Source of the DNA: Octopus vulgaris | Lineage: Eukaryota | DNA length: 64,000 nt | Assembly (NCBI GenBank): GCA_951406725.2 | Contig: OX597831.1 | Coordinates: 72,230,001 to 72,294,000, forward strand | Direction of reading: 5' to 3' | Shown here: positions 51,863-64,000 of the stretch, one piece after another | Layout of the letters: every line of letters begins with the position of its first letter | Position numbering within the stretch: position 1 is the stretch's first letter | The notes under the pieces: generated by a model | The model's database searches: none | Told to the model about the DNA's origin: nothing | What the model saw: the letters and a program-made list of their open reading frames with translations, nothing else | Program-made: the position numbers and the translations under genes

Positions 51863-52456
51863 CTATCTCTGTGGCTTGTAAAGTTCACCAATATTCTGCA
51901 TGAATGCTTCGAACAGATCTACCCCCTTGTGCACATGCCTCCACATATATTCACACAGGTGGCTGGTGAGGCTTGCATGCCGTGTGTATGTCTCATTCAT
52001 TGGCATTTGATCTGCCACCATAGATTCTCGATGTTGTTCATGTGAGCTCCGGTGAGAGGATCCACAAAGTTGTAGCTGTGGTTGACAGTGAATTGGTGGA
52101 AACTAGAACCTCCAGCAGTCACTTGTTGTTGTGCAAGGGTTGATGTGTTGGAGAATTATTGTTCCAGTGTGGCCCTATCCTGTTTGTTAATTGGCAATGC
52201 AACAAGAAAAGTTCCCTGGGTCTCACGGCATATACTCTTTTACTCTTTTACTCGTTTCAGTCATTTGACTGCGGCCATGCTGAGGCACTACCTTTAATCG
52301 AGCAACTCGACCCCGGCACTTATTCTTTTGTAAGCCCAGTACTTATTCTATCGGTCTCTTTTGCCGAACCGCTAAGTGACGGGGACATAAACACACCAGC
52401 ATCGGTTGTCAAGCAATGCTAGGGGGACAAACACAGACACACAAACACACACACGC

Positions 52457-52489
<33 letters not shown>

Positions 52490-53170
52490 GGACGGGCTTC
52501 TTTCAGTTTCTGTCTACCAAATCCACTCACAAGGCTTTGGTCGGCCTGAGGCTGTAGTAGAAGACATTTGCCCAAGGTGCCACGCAGTGGGACTGAACCC
52601 GGAACCATTGGTTGGTAAACTAGCTACTTACCACACAGCCACTCCTGCACCTATGCCTCCAAACACCCACTGTCCTTTCACAAATCTCCCACAACTGTTC
52701 TTTGTTTTACTGAATTTCGATGTGTTGATTTCAACTGTAAGTCCAGGGCCTTCAACGGGTCGGTCCTTATGCAGTTTTGTCTCCACCGACCACTGACAGA
52801 TTTCACAACAGTATGAAAAATAATCCGATATGGTTTCCGTGGATGTTGTTAACATGTTGTCATTATCAGAGTCCCTGTCCACTGATGAAATGCTTGTTTC
52901 ATGCACAGTTTGCTTATACAGCATGCTTCACACATTGCAGATTTTGTTCAGCTTCGTTTTACAAGATGGGCAATGCATTTTTTTGGCTATGAGTCCGAGT
53001 TCCTGGTAATAATTTACCACTGACTCTTCAACTGACATTTTGAGGCTAAGTCCTTCTACAGGTTTATGCCACGCTTTTTCCCTCGTCTCCACAATGTTGC
53101 CAAAGCAGTAGACGAAGAGGGTTGCTCATAATCCAACATCTTGGAGCAAACTGAGAACGCACATGTTGGT
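51863..53170 (-). mobile_element. Merlin / ISXO2 (IS1595-like) DDE transposase pseudogene, split by SINE A
   Basis: MHCPSC (Zn ribbon); EGPGLTVEINTSKFSKTKNSCGRFVKGQWVFGGI|CRETQGTFLV across the SINE; FTVNHSYNFVDPLTGAHMNNIENLWWQIK; HLCEYMWR. These are hallmark ISXO2/Merlin motifs, with stops and frameshifts. Confidence 0.9.
52232..52653 (-). mobile_element. SINE family A nested in Merlin transposase
   Basis: Removing it restores WVFGGICRET. Confidence 0.9.
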
Positions 53171-53310
53171 GGCATGCATATTTATATTTTATGAGAGAAA
53201 TAGTCTGGTATTTTTGATGTTACTATTATTATTCAGGTCACTATCTGGAATCGAACTCAGAATCTTGGAGTTAGTAGCTTGCGCTCTTAACCACTACGCC
53301 ATATACTCAT

Positions 53311-53938
53311 GGGCGCAGGAGTGGCTGTGTGGTAAGTAGCTTGCTAACCCACCACATGGTTCCAGGTTCAGTCCTACTGCGTGGCATCTTGGGCAAGTGT
53401 CTTCTGCTATAGCCTCGGGCCGAACAATGCCTTGTGAGTGGATTTGGTAGACGGAAACTGAAAGAAGCCTGTCGTATATATGTATATATATATATGTGTG
53501 TGTGTGTTTGTATGTCTGTGTTTGTCCCCCTAGCATTGTTTGACAACCTATTTCTTTATTACCCACAAGGGGCTAAACACAGAGGGAACAAACAAGGACA
53601 GACATAGGTATTAAGTCGATTACATCGACCCCAGTGCGTAACTGGTACTTAATTTATCGACCCGTGGATGAAAAGTAAAGTCGACCTCGGCGGAATTTGA
53701 ACTCATGTCGAAATACCGCTAAGCATTTCGCCCCGTGCTAGTTTCTGCCAGCTCGCCGCCTTACATTGCTTGACAACCGATGCTGGTGTGTTTACGTCCC
53801 CGTCACTTAGCGGTTCGGCAAAAGAGACCGATAGAATAAGTACTGGGCTTACTAAGAATAAGTCCCGGGGTCGAGTTGCTCGACTAAAGGCGGTGCTCCA
53901 GCATGGCCACAGTCAAACGACTGAAACAAGTAAAAGAA
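53311..53938 (+). mobile_element. SINE family A interrupted by SINE B (53548-53762, minus)
   Basis: TSD CATTG(T/C)TTGACAACC flanks the B copy. Confidence 0.88.
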
Positions 53939-55431
53939 TAGTCTGCTGCCATCTACAGCCTGTACTGTGCACAATAGTATTCTAACGCATTTCAATCATT
54001 TAAAACGCAATTTTATGGTGGGGAGGGGTACAAAAAGAAATCTTTCCCTATCCGAGAGGTACTTGAAGGGTAAACTCTGCTAGACTGACATACCCTAAAT
54101 TCGCAAAATAACGATGAAGTTTTCATCAGGTGAGAACAGATAACGAAACCTACTTAAACATACAAAAAGTCGCATATGTCAAAGAACACATACACACGAG
54201 ATAATATGAGCGCCTTTAAGTAGTCGCTCGGCTAGCTGGAAATAACTACCAACCTCCCACTCAAACCAGTTTAGAAATGTAAATGTAAAATCTAAAAAAA
54301 ATTTTAATTAAAATTAAAAAGCTTTTGAACGTAGTCCTGGACGCATTGTCTGAAAAATATAACAGAAGGGTCATGACTAGAAGGCTATGACCGTTAGTCC
54401 TGTTCGATCAGTGCCGTCCTGGGCCAACAACAAAGCGAGCGTGTGCACGCACATACACGATAAATCTCAATACACGAAACTCCAGACCGTTTTTCACTCT
54501 GTAACTTCTAGCGATTGATAATATATATATATGTATACTCGTGTTATCAGTTCTATTTTCCTATTTTGTATCACCAAACCTATGTGTAAATATAGAAAAA
54601 TGCATGCATGCACACAAACATACATGAATGCATGTAAAACATTCTAGAAAGATCCAAAAGAGAGAAAAAAGAAGAGACGCATTTTATTTTTCCTCTCTGT
54701 TCTGTTCGACAATTGCTTTTGTTTTTTTGTTTTTTTTCTTAAACGAATTTTACGCAGTATTTTAAGAAAGATGTGACATTCATGATTTTTTGTTATTTTT
54801 TTTCATGAGATTTTATCGATGTAAATGAAACGAAATGTCTAAGATGAAGCAACATATCCCGAACCGAAAGCTCTCTGTTCGGCAGCGCGTGACAGGAAGA
54901 ATAAAATATTTGTCACACGAATATGAAAGAAAAAAAAATTCTTTAAAAAAATGAAATAATTATACAAACTAAACTACGCACACAGAACAACAATAAAACT
55001 ATAAAGATCCACCAGGAAGAAAAACAAAACAAGGAAGAACGAAGGATCACTACAAGATGAAAGTTGAATCCACTTGAAATAAGGATAGACGCAAAAACAC
55101 TCCGTTTCCAAATCTAAATGCGAAACTGGGAAAGTCGGTCCATTCATTCAATTGTTTAGCTTTTAATCCCGTTTATTCCCTTTGTTTTTGTATTTGGTTT
55201 TGCAAGATTCTTGTTATGAATTCCTGTTTTTATTATTGGCGTAATGACCCTCCCGAGGCTCAGTTATTCCGTTTTATGAAAAAGAAAAAATCTCTCGGTG
55301 GCAAGAATCTGTCCTTTCCACCTTCTAAATTCTTATGTGAATAAAAGACGAAAAAAAATTTTTTTTTCGAAGAGTATCAAAAATTATTACGGCACAAAAT
55401 ATTAACCTTTAAAATAATTAAATAGATAGAG

Positions 55432-55481
<50 letters not shown>

Positions 55482-55716
55482 CAGGGAGAGATGCTATTTG
55501 CAATAGCTATGCATTAATAAAGAACGTAGTTTTCAGAGAACAAGCAGAGAAATCTGTAACAAGGAAATTATTTTTCATTCAATTTATCCACATCGAGAAG
55601 AATATAAAAAATAAAAACAAACAAAAAACACAGCACCTTGCCAGTTCCTTTAAGTGAAAAAATATATTATGAAATTTAAAGCATCTGCAGCTCTTATAAA
55701 ATGTATGGATTCTTAC

Positions 55717-55874
55717 CTATGTTGATCGAATTTGGCAAATTTCCTCCATTCTTTTGGGTTGCTTTTGTAAGACTCCATCAGAGACTTAACTTCTTCGATG
55801 TTAACACGATCACTATCGAAAACCTCGCGTAGTTCCTTACACAAATCATCTAAAGTGGCCACTGTTTTAACCAT
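55717..55874 (-). CDS. CDO1: Cysteine dioxygenase type 1, coding exon 1
   Basis: Manual translation MVKTVATLDDLCKELREVFDSDRVNIEEVKSLMESYKSNPKEWRKFAKFDQH(R) matches the CDO1 N-terminus (human ...VNVEEVQAIMEAYESDPTEWAMYAKFDQYR). ATG in gcaaccATGG Kozak context; donor AG|GTAAGA, phase 2. Not in the ORF track. Confidence 0.96.
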
Positions 55875-56020
55875 GGTTGCTTGCAAATGGTAAGCACTGC
55901 AGGAGAGGGTCTCGTTTTATAAGCTGTCGTCGATGTTGTTCTTGCGGTCGAAGGTGTGTTGACTGTGGACAAGAGAACGGAAAAGATAGTCGGAATAAAG
56001 ATAAATGTTATGTAGTGGTG

Positions 56021-56244
56021 TTTATATATTGGTTGCTGCTCTTTCTTCAGTGATCACACCCAAGCAAAATAAATGTGCATTGGTTTTGCTGGAGAAAAAA
56101 GCACGTTGTTAGGTGTAATTACGTCACAGCAAAGCTCTCTGAAGGTGGCAGTTAGGGTAAGGCAGCATTATCGGTACGTACGCACCACCACACGACAGCA
56201 GGTGTGTTAGAGTACATAGATACGTGAACTTCAGCATCGCATCA
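56021..56244 (-). promoter_or_regulatory. Putative CDO1 core/proximal promoter
   Basis: Minus strand: TATATAAA at 56021-56028 about 150 nt upstream of the ATG, CCAAT at 56028-56032 and 56079-56083, TGACGTAA (CRE/ATF-like) at 56119-56126. RCGTG cores at 56101-56106 and 56221-56226. Region is CpG-retaining and TE-poor; no upstream ATG between TATA and start. Confidence 0.6.
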
Positions 56245-56458
56245 GGTGAAACCACAACACAGAACATACCTACGACAACATTATAAAAAGAAAGGGACAT
56301 GATATCGCATTACATAACAGATAGTTGTAAATCGTTTTATAATACATAATAAACATCTATGCAGGTGCATTACACAATACAAAGAAATAGCAGCCAAATC
56401 TCAAAGCATACTATACCATTTTACATAGCGGTAACGGCACATTTGATAGTGTAATCGG

Positions 56459-56753
56459 TTAAGCTCTAGTTTAGGATCCAGTAACTAAAAAATAGTGTGA
56501 TAGGAGTAAAAATAATGTATACTAAACGAATAGGAAAAAAAAAAAAAAATGCGCGCGCTGGGGGGGAGGACCCGGAAAATTCACGATGTGAATTTTCTGA
56601 GTCCTCTCTCCCCGCCCGTGAATTTTCCAAGTCCTCTCCCCCCAGTTCGTCCGCGCACATTTTTTTTTTCATATTCGTTTACTATACATTATTTTACACC
56701 TATTACACTCATTTTTTTTCAATTTTGTGACTGGGTCCTAAACTAGAGATTAA
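56459..56753. mobile_element. Palindromic foldback MITE flanked by TTAA, upstream of CDO1
   Basis: CTCTAGTTTAGGA(T/C)CCAGT...ACTGGGTCCTAAACTAGAG termini; arms of about 120 bp with a GC-rich centre. Confidence 0.82.
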
Positions 56754-58949
56754 TCGAAAATTCTACCGTCTGTCTTAATACTGGTACTGTCATAAACAAG
56801 AAGGATGCACTAAAGTAGTTCTAGTCAGACTCCTTAAAAAACGGGATGGTCGCGGTCGGAAGGCCTTTGATTATAGATAACCATCGAGACTGACCTAGGG
56901 CTTAACATCAAATATACCAGATAAGTCAACAAGGGAGCCTTTGAGAGGGCGCTAGAAATAGCAGCTAAGTCTTCCTCCGTCTTAAAATGAAAATCCATGT
57001 AAAATGTTGTCCTGGATGCACTGTTCCAAGGAAAATGACAGGATGGTCACGAGTGAACGCCTTTGATAATAAGTCTGCTCGATCAGGACTGACCAAGGGT
57101 TAAATACTACATCATAGTATTACATCGCACACACACAATGTACTACAATGTAGTACAATAGTAGGGAGACTGCTTGTGTGACCGAATTCATTGTGAAACA
57201 TGTTTTGAGCATGAAAACGTTTGTTTTCTTAATTAAAACAATTAAAAACAGAGAAACGTGTCCAAGGTGTAGGAGGGACTTCGAAAACATTTACGGAATG
57301 AATGAATGAACGGATTGCATTGAAAAAAATATGAATGAATGAATGAGCAGTGAAAAAATATTCACCGGTGATTTTGTTACAAGTCGGTCCCTACACATCT
57401 GATAGTAGCAAGGTAATTTAGATTTACAAGGGGCCAAGTTGGCGTTGCTATAAAAGGAGAATTTTTTTTAATGTTGTGTATACATCACTTCAACTAAAAA
57501 AAAATTAAGGGTTGTCTAGTTAAAGAGTAAAGTTTACAAGTATAGACTAACTCCACTGTACAGTAAGAATTTACTTAGGGAATGGATTTGCGTTAAGGAA
57601 CTGAAAAATAAAAATAAAATATTTCTTTATGCAGTAAACGTTTTCAGACAAAGTAGTACTTGAAACTGCAGCGTATTAAAATTACTGATTTTACCAATCT
57701 AGGAAGAGATGAAGAGTACAGATCATCCGAGTACAAAAACTAAACAACTTTTTGCTTCGAGACGATGAGGGAACTTCCATCTGGTCGCTTTGCATGTTAG
57801 AAACAGCAGTCATACCGCCCTTATATATCACATCCTAAACTCTTAGAAAAGAACACACTAAATAATATAGTTCTGAATTTCCAGCATTTAGTAATAAGAC
57901 GAGATGTTCATGGTTGGAATATTTTTTTATCATAGCTTTGCTTGACCAAAGCTGACATGGGGTTAAAGTCATAAATAAATAGGTAAATAAATGCAAACGC
58001 TAACTCACATCATTCGCATTTTAAATGAAATATCAAGTTGAATTCAATTAGGAGTAAGAAGTGCTCTTTTAGAATACACAATCTTTCTTTTCGGCAGACC
58101 CAACACTAGAAGGCACACACAAATCGTTTTGTTACGAGACATACGTGTGATAAGGTCGTTTAAATAACGATAAATTTATGAATTAAAGTATTAAAAAAAT
58201 ATATTATAATCGTGAATTCAGAATGTTTTTTGTTAAACCTAAAAAAGAAAAAAAAATTTATTTGATATTTCTTTTTCTTTCCTTTCATTTATGAAATATA
58301 AACATGTTCAATAAAAAAATTGCGTAGTATAGACTATAATAAAACAATGCGTTTAAATAAAAATTTTCTGGGAGATAGTTAAAATTCAAAATCAACAATA
58401 AATATTAGACAGTGAAAGATTCATTCGGAAATGTCATTTTAAAAATATATAATTAAGCACGAAATTCGTGATGCCTTGGAGAAAGGGACACGAAAAGTTA
58501 TTATATTAGGAAGGCAACTTGTAAATAAAATAGTAGTCGCACGTTTAAACACGCACACACACATTTATACACGAAGCACTGGTTAAATAATAGAATAGTG
58601 AAACTGTTGTATACAATACTCAGGTGAAAGAGTTTAAGAAAGAAAATTAAACAAAACCTACGAAGAGATGACAACCAATAAGGCTTTTGCCAGACTATCT
58701 ACAGGGACTGTTATTGTCAAGACAACATGTGAAAGGGAATTATAGAAAGGGGATGAAATTCTCACTAACAGATATATGGAAGTTTCCACGCATCGGTTCG
58801 TTAATGCTCCTTCTTTTTCTTCAATGGAAATTCACCGGGGTTTTTTTTCTTCTTTTTTTTTTTTAACTAATAAACAATAGAGAGATTGCAGATTTAAGTG
58901 ACTTTCTTGATTTGAAGATTTATCTTATTAAATCCTCTTCTACTCGCCC

Positions 58950-59012
<63 letters not shown>

Positions 59013-59149
59013 GTGTGTGTGTGTGTATGTGTGTACGTATAAATGTATACGTTTATATCTATATCTATATCTATCTATCTATCTATATATATATCTTCCC
59101 GCGAGCACACAACTACACAACACATACATAAACACAGTATATACACATA

Positions 59150-59195
<46 letters not shown>

Positions 59196-59616
59196 TGCAC
59201 GCACGTACACACGTGTGTGTTTATGTCTGCCTTTATCTACCCCCCACCGCCGACTTTCCTGACAGTCTGTGACGTGTGGGAAATTATAAGAGATAGAGAG
59301 AGAGAGAGCATGGAGTGTGGGAGAGAGAAAATAGTAAATTGGTGTCGCGTTCATCCTGTGAGAGATATATAAATACAACAGTGTTCGGAATTCGATCATC
59401 ACATATTTCACAATATGTGGTGTGTGTGTGTGTGTGTGTGTGACATGTGTATTTGAGATGAGACATGTCTGTGTACAGAAGCACGGGGACGGTGGTACTG
59501 ACTTGGCAGTCGTTGTTTTTCATATGATGTATAGCCTCTGTTCTTCCTTTTCCTTTTCTGTTGTCGTTCAGCAATGACAGTGGGGATGTATTTGACTGCA
59601 TTCTCTATTTTTGCTT

Positions 59617-59696
59617 ATCCATCCATCCTTCCATCCATCCATCCATCCATCCATCCATCCATCCATCCATCCATCCAACCATCCATCCATCCATCC

Positions 59697-59772
<76 letters not shown>

Positions 59773-59795
59773 GCCTATCTGTCTATCTATCTATC

Positions 59796-59826
<31 letters not shown>

Positions 59827-59837
59827 CTGTCTGTTTG

Positions 59838-59911
<74 letters not shown>
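59617..59911. repeat. Compound (ATCC)n(ATCT)n tetranucleotide microsatellite
   Basis: Direct reading. Confidence 0.97.
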
Positions 59912-60222
59912 AAGCGACAAGCCAACGAGGAAGGCCTCTACCAAGTCGTTCGTGCCTGCCAGAAATAGCAGTCAAATCTCATTCAAATTACCGCCTGGAA
60001 AAAGGAAAGAACACATTAGATACTGCAGTCATACAAACACTTAAAAAGACAACAGAATACTAATAACTAGAATGTTTTCCATTTGGGTCGGCTCCACTGA
60101 AGTCCCTTTGGGACCAAACAACAAGTATAGAACGAGGAAGCCTCTATGCAGTCGTTCAAACTGTTAGAAACAGTAGCTAAATTGTTTTTAAATCGTTTTC
60201 TAATGCCTTTTGTATATATATA

Positions 60223-60945
<723 letters not shown>

Positions 60946-61245
60946 ATATATATGACACAGGTTATGATAAAACTGCATCGAGAAAAACAAAAGCGATGGA
61001 CACAACCCGGTTATTGTTATATTAGAGTTGACCTGATGCTGAACAAAAATATCTGTCTGCTTAACAGGCGTGGCTGTGTGGTAGGAAGATCGCTTCCCAG
61101 CCACATGGCTCCAGGCTCAGTCCCACTGCGTGACACCTGGCACGTTGGGTAAGAGTCGTTTACTATATAAGCCTTGGAACGACCAAAGCCTTGTGAGTGG
61201 ATTTGGTTGACGGAAAGTGAAAGAAATCCATTGTATATATATATA

Positions 61246-62537
61246 CGAGGGGCGTTCAATAAGTAATGCCCCTGACCCACTTCCCATAGCAGTAGAGCAA
61301 CGAAACTTGGCACAGTTATTAGTCTTTTTCTACATAGGAACCACCCAGAGTTACGCATTTCTCCCATCGTTTGATGCAGCTCTGGAGACCGTTTTTGTAG
61401 AAGACCCCAGCTTGGTCCTCCAACCACAACGTGACTTCAGAAATCAAGGCTGCATCTTCTGGGAAACGCTTTCCTTTCAAAAACAACTTCATGGCTGGGA
61501 AGAGGTGAAAACCAGAGGGTGCAAGGTCAGGAGAGTAGGGCGGATGGGGGAGGAGTTCATAGCCGCACGCCTGTGCTTCTGATCTGGCGACACGCGAGTT
61601 GTGGACCGGAGCGTTGTCCTGCAGAAGGAGGATGCCTTTGCTGATCTTGCCCCGCCTCTTGATTCTGATAGCTTCTCTTAATTTCTTCAAAAGTGAAGCA
61701 TAATAGGCTCCTGTAATTGTGGTACCCTTTGCCAGGAGATCTGTCATCACTACTCCGCCCTGGTCCCAGAAGATTGAGTATGACCTTGCCAGCGGAGGGC
61801 TGCACCCTTGCCTTCTTTGGAGGAGGTGAGTCACGGTGCTTCCACTGCATTGACTGGGCTTTGGTCTCTGGATCATAGTGATGGACCTAGGTTTCATCCT
61901 GTGTAATCAGTCTTTTGAAAAATTTTGACTCATCTTCTTGGCACATCTCCAAATTCATCCTCGTGCACTCGACGCGTTCTTGCTTCTGGAAAGGTTTGAG
62001 CAACCTGGGAATCCATCTGGCAGACACCTTTTGCATCTGCAAATGGCCATGAATGATAGTTTCCTCAGACCCGGTACTAATCTTGACCTCATGGGCTATT
62101 AGGCGAATAGTTATGCGTCGATCTTCCAAAATGGCAGCCTCAACTTGACAGACAGATGCCTCATCAATAGCAGAAGGGGGGCGACCAGATTTGGGAGCTG
62201 TTTCCACAGAGTTCTGACCATGTTTGAATTCACGATGCCAGCGTTTTACAAGGTCATAGGATGGGGCATCATCACCATAAGTTACTTTCATTTCATCAAA
62301 AGTCTCCCGTGGTGTGCGTCCTTTCAAATACAAAAACCGGATCACTACTCGCCACTCAACAGGCTCCATTTCACACTTGACTCAGTTCAAACACCTGTAA
62401 ATCAGAAACCACAATTAGTTCAGAGCTGTAATTTGCCACTTAATCTATAGAGATATAAATAATTACACATGGAAAAATTCCAGCTAGATCAAACAACTGA
62501 AAGTGGGTCAGGGGCATTACTTATTGAACGTCCTTCG
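61246..62537 (-). mobile_element. Full-length mariner (irritans/Hsmar2-like TIRs), 1292 bp, TA target-site duplication
   Basis: 37-bp TIRs CGAGGGGCGTTCAATAAGTAATGCCCCTGACCCACTT (2 mismatches), with TA at 61244-61245 and 62538-62539. Confidence 0.95.
61319..62369 (-). pseudogene. Mariner DD34D transposase, inactivated
   Basis: RWIPRLL, ITQDET*VHHYDPETK, LLQDNAPVH, HPPYSPDLAPSGFHLF. TAG in place of Trp at 61887-61889, frameshift near 61777, third catalytic Asp changed to Gly. Confidence 0.93.
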
Positions 62538-63006
62538 TACATAATGTATATGCGTTTGTGTGTGTCTATGTTAGTGTTTGTCCGCCACCACCGCTTGACA
62601 ACCGGTGTAGGTGTGTTTGCGTACCCGTAACGTAGCAGTTTGGCATAAGTGACTGTTAGAATAAGTACCAGGCTTTCAAAAATAAGTCCTAGTGTAGATT
62701 TGTTCGACTAAAATCCTTCAAAGCGGTGTCCCTGCATGGCCGCAATCGAATAACTAAAACAAGTAAACAGAGATACCCGGTGTTGCTCCAGATTAAAATT
62801 GCATCATTTTTTAATTGTTTTACTTATTTCAGTCATGTAACTGCGGCCATGCTGGAGCACCGCCGTTGGTCGAACAAATCGACCCAAGGATTTATTCTTT
62901 GTAAGCCTAGTGCTTATTCCATTAGTGTATTTTGCGGAACCGCTAAGTTATGGGAACGTAAACACAGCAACATCGGTTGTCAGGCAATGGTGGGGGTACA
63001 AAACAA

Positions 63007-63007
<1 letters not shown>

Positions 63008-63091
<84 letters not shown>

Positions 63092-63094
63092 CAC
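63008..63094. repeat. (CA)n microsatellite
   Basis: Direct reading. Confidence 0.95.
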
Positions 63095-63104
63095 AAGGGA
63101 TATT

Positions 63105-64000
63105 GCACTGTTTCCCTAGCCTTGAATAATCAGAAATACTACCATGTGAAACTACGTGCTCAGAAACTTGTGCACTGACCTAATTCTGGGTACGGACTTC
63201 CAAGAACAGCATGAAAGTATATACGGAGGACAGAGACCACCATTAACATTTACTGCGCTAACTGCTATGAAAACTGATCCTCCAAAACTATTCGCTCATC
63301 TCAGAGAGGGCTGTAAACCTATTGCAGCCAAATCGCGAAAATACTCAGAACGTGATCGAGAGTTCATCAGGACAGAAGTACGCCGCTTAGCAGATGCGAA
63401 CATTATTGAACCTAGTAACTCCCCATGGAGATCGCAAGTGTTAGTTGTTCAAAAAAAGAAAAAGGTGAAGAATGGTGATTGACTACCCAGAGACGATTAT
63501 CAAATATACACAGCTTGGTGCCTACCCCTTTCCTAAAATTGATGAGTTAGTGAACACTATTGCCAAGTATAAAGTCTACAGTACAATAGACTTACGTTCG
63601 GCATGCCATCAGATTCCTCTATCAGAGAAAGACCGTCAATTTACTGCCTTTGAAGCTGACGGTAAGTTATGGCATTATACTAGGATTCCATTCGGAGTAA
63701 ATAACGGCAGCGCATGATTCCAACGTATAATGGACGACTTCGAGAGTAAATACAAGCTGCGAGATACGTTCCCATTCATAGACAATTTAATCATATGTGG
63801 GAAAGATCAAAATGACCACGATAAAAATTTAGAAAAATTTGAAATGGCAGCAAAAAGTGAAGGGCTTACCATGAATGAAGACAAATGCGTTTACTCAACA
63901 ACAACCCTTGACTTTCTTGGATACCGTATCACGCACAACAACCTCAGCCCTGACTCAGTAAGGCTTGTTACACTCTTCAATCTTCCTATACCAACTGACC
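63105..64000 (+). mobile_element. Ty3/Gypsy LTR retrotransposon pol remnant (protease end plus RT), runs off the window
   Basis: DLILGTDF, IIEPSNSPWRSQVLVV, IDY, STIDLRSACHQIPL, RIPFGVNN, FIDNLII (YxDD position), LDFLGYRI. Frameshift in the A-run near 63455 and TGA at 63715-63717. Confidence 0.92.

Larger units (their letters stand above)
61067..62768 (+). mobile_element. Older SINE family A split by the mariner insertion
   Basis: Head at 61067-61240, tail at 62540-62768. Confidence 0.75.

Noticed and set aside
59561-60063. IHPS/IYLS repeat ORFs of 135-156 aa
   Set aside because: Translation of an (ATCC)n(ATCT)n microsatellite.
63472-64000. Programmed frameshift or readthrough in the Gypsy pol
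   Set aside because: The frameshift and TGA lie inside the RT domain, not at the gag-pol junction, and the catalytic motif is altered; simple decay is more likely.

Overview
Repeat-dense eukaryotic genomic DNA. The SINE families and microsatellite style point to a coleoid cephalopod, most likely Octopus (inference from recognition, not a database search). One host gene is supported: cysteine dioxygenase type 1 (CDO1) on the minus strand. Coding exons are 55874-55717, 17670-17432 and 6847-6681, all GT-AG and phase-compatible, giving 188 aa. Introns are about 38 kb and 10.6 kb; the short terminal exon is unresolved; a TATA/CCAAT/CRE/HRE-like promoter lies near 56.0-56.25 kb. The rest is a layered transposon landscape: at least four SINE-like families (dozens of copies, often nested or in inverted pairs), a near-intact and a decayed mariner, a Merlin/ISXO2-type transposase remnant, a Penelope-like element with GIY-YIG endonuclease, Penelope-type LTR fragments with minimal hammerhead-like motifs, LINE fragments (one sharing its 3' tail with the dominant SINE), TTAA MITEs, a Gypsy pol remnant, several long hairpins and local templated duplications. 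Nearly all ORFs in the supplied track are repeat artefacts. I found no clear-cut novel multi-gene system. The best leads are the variant hammerhead-like motif, the CDO1 active-site substitutions and HRE-like promoter, the LINE-SINE tail sharing and modular SINEs, and the many dsRNA-forming structures in the CDO1 pre-mRNA. Repeat boundaries are approximate, read by eye.
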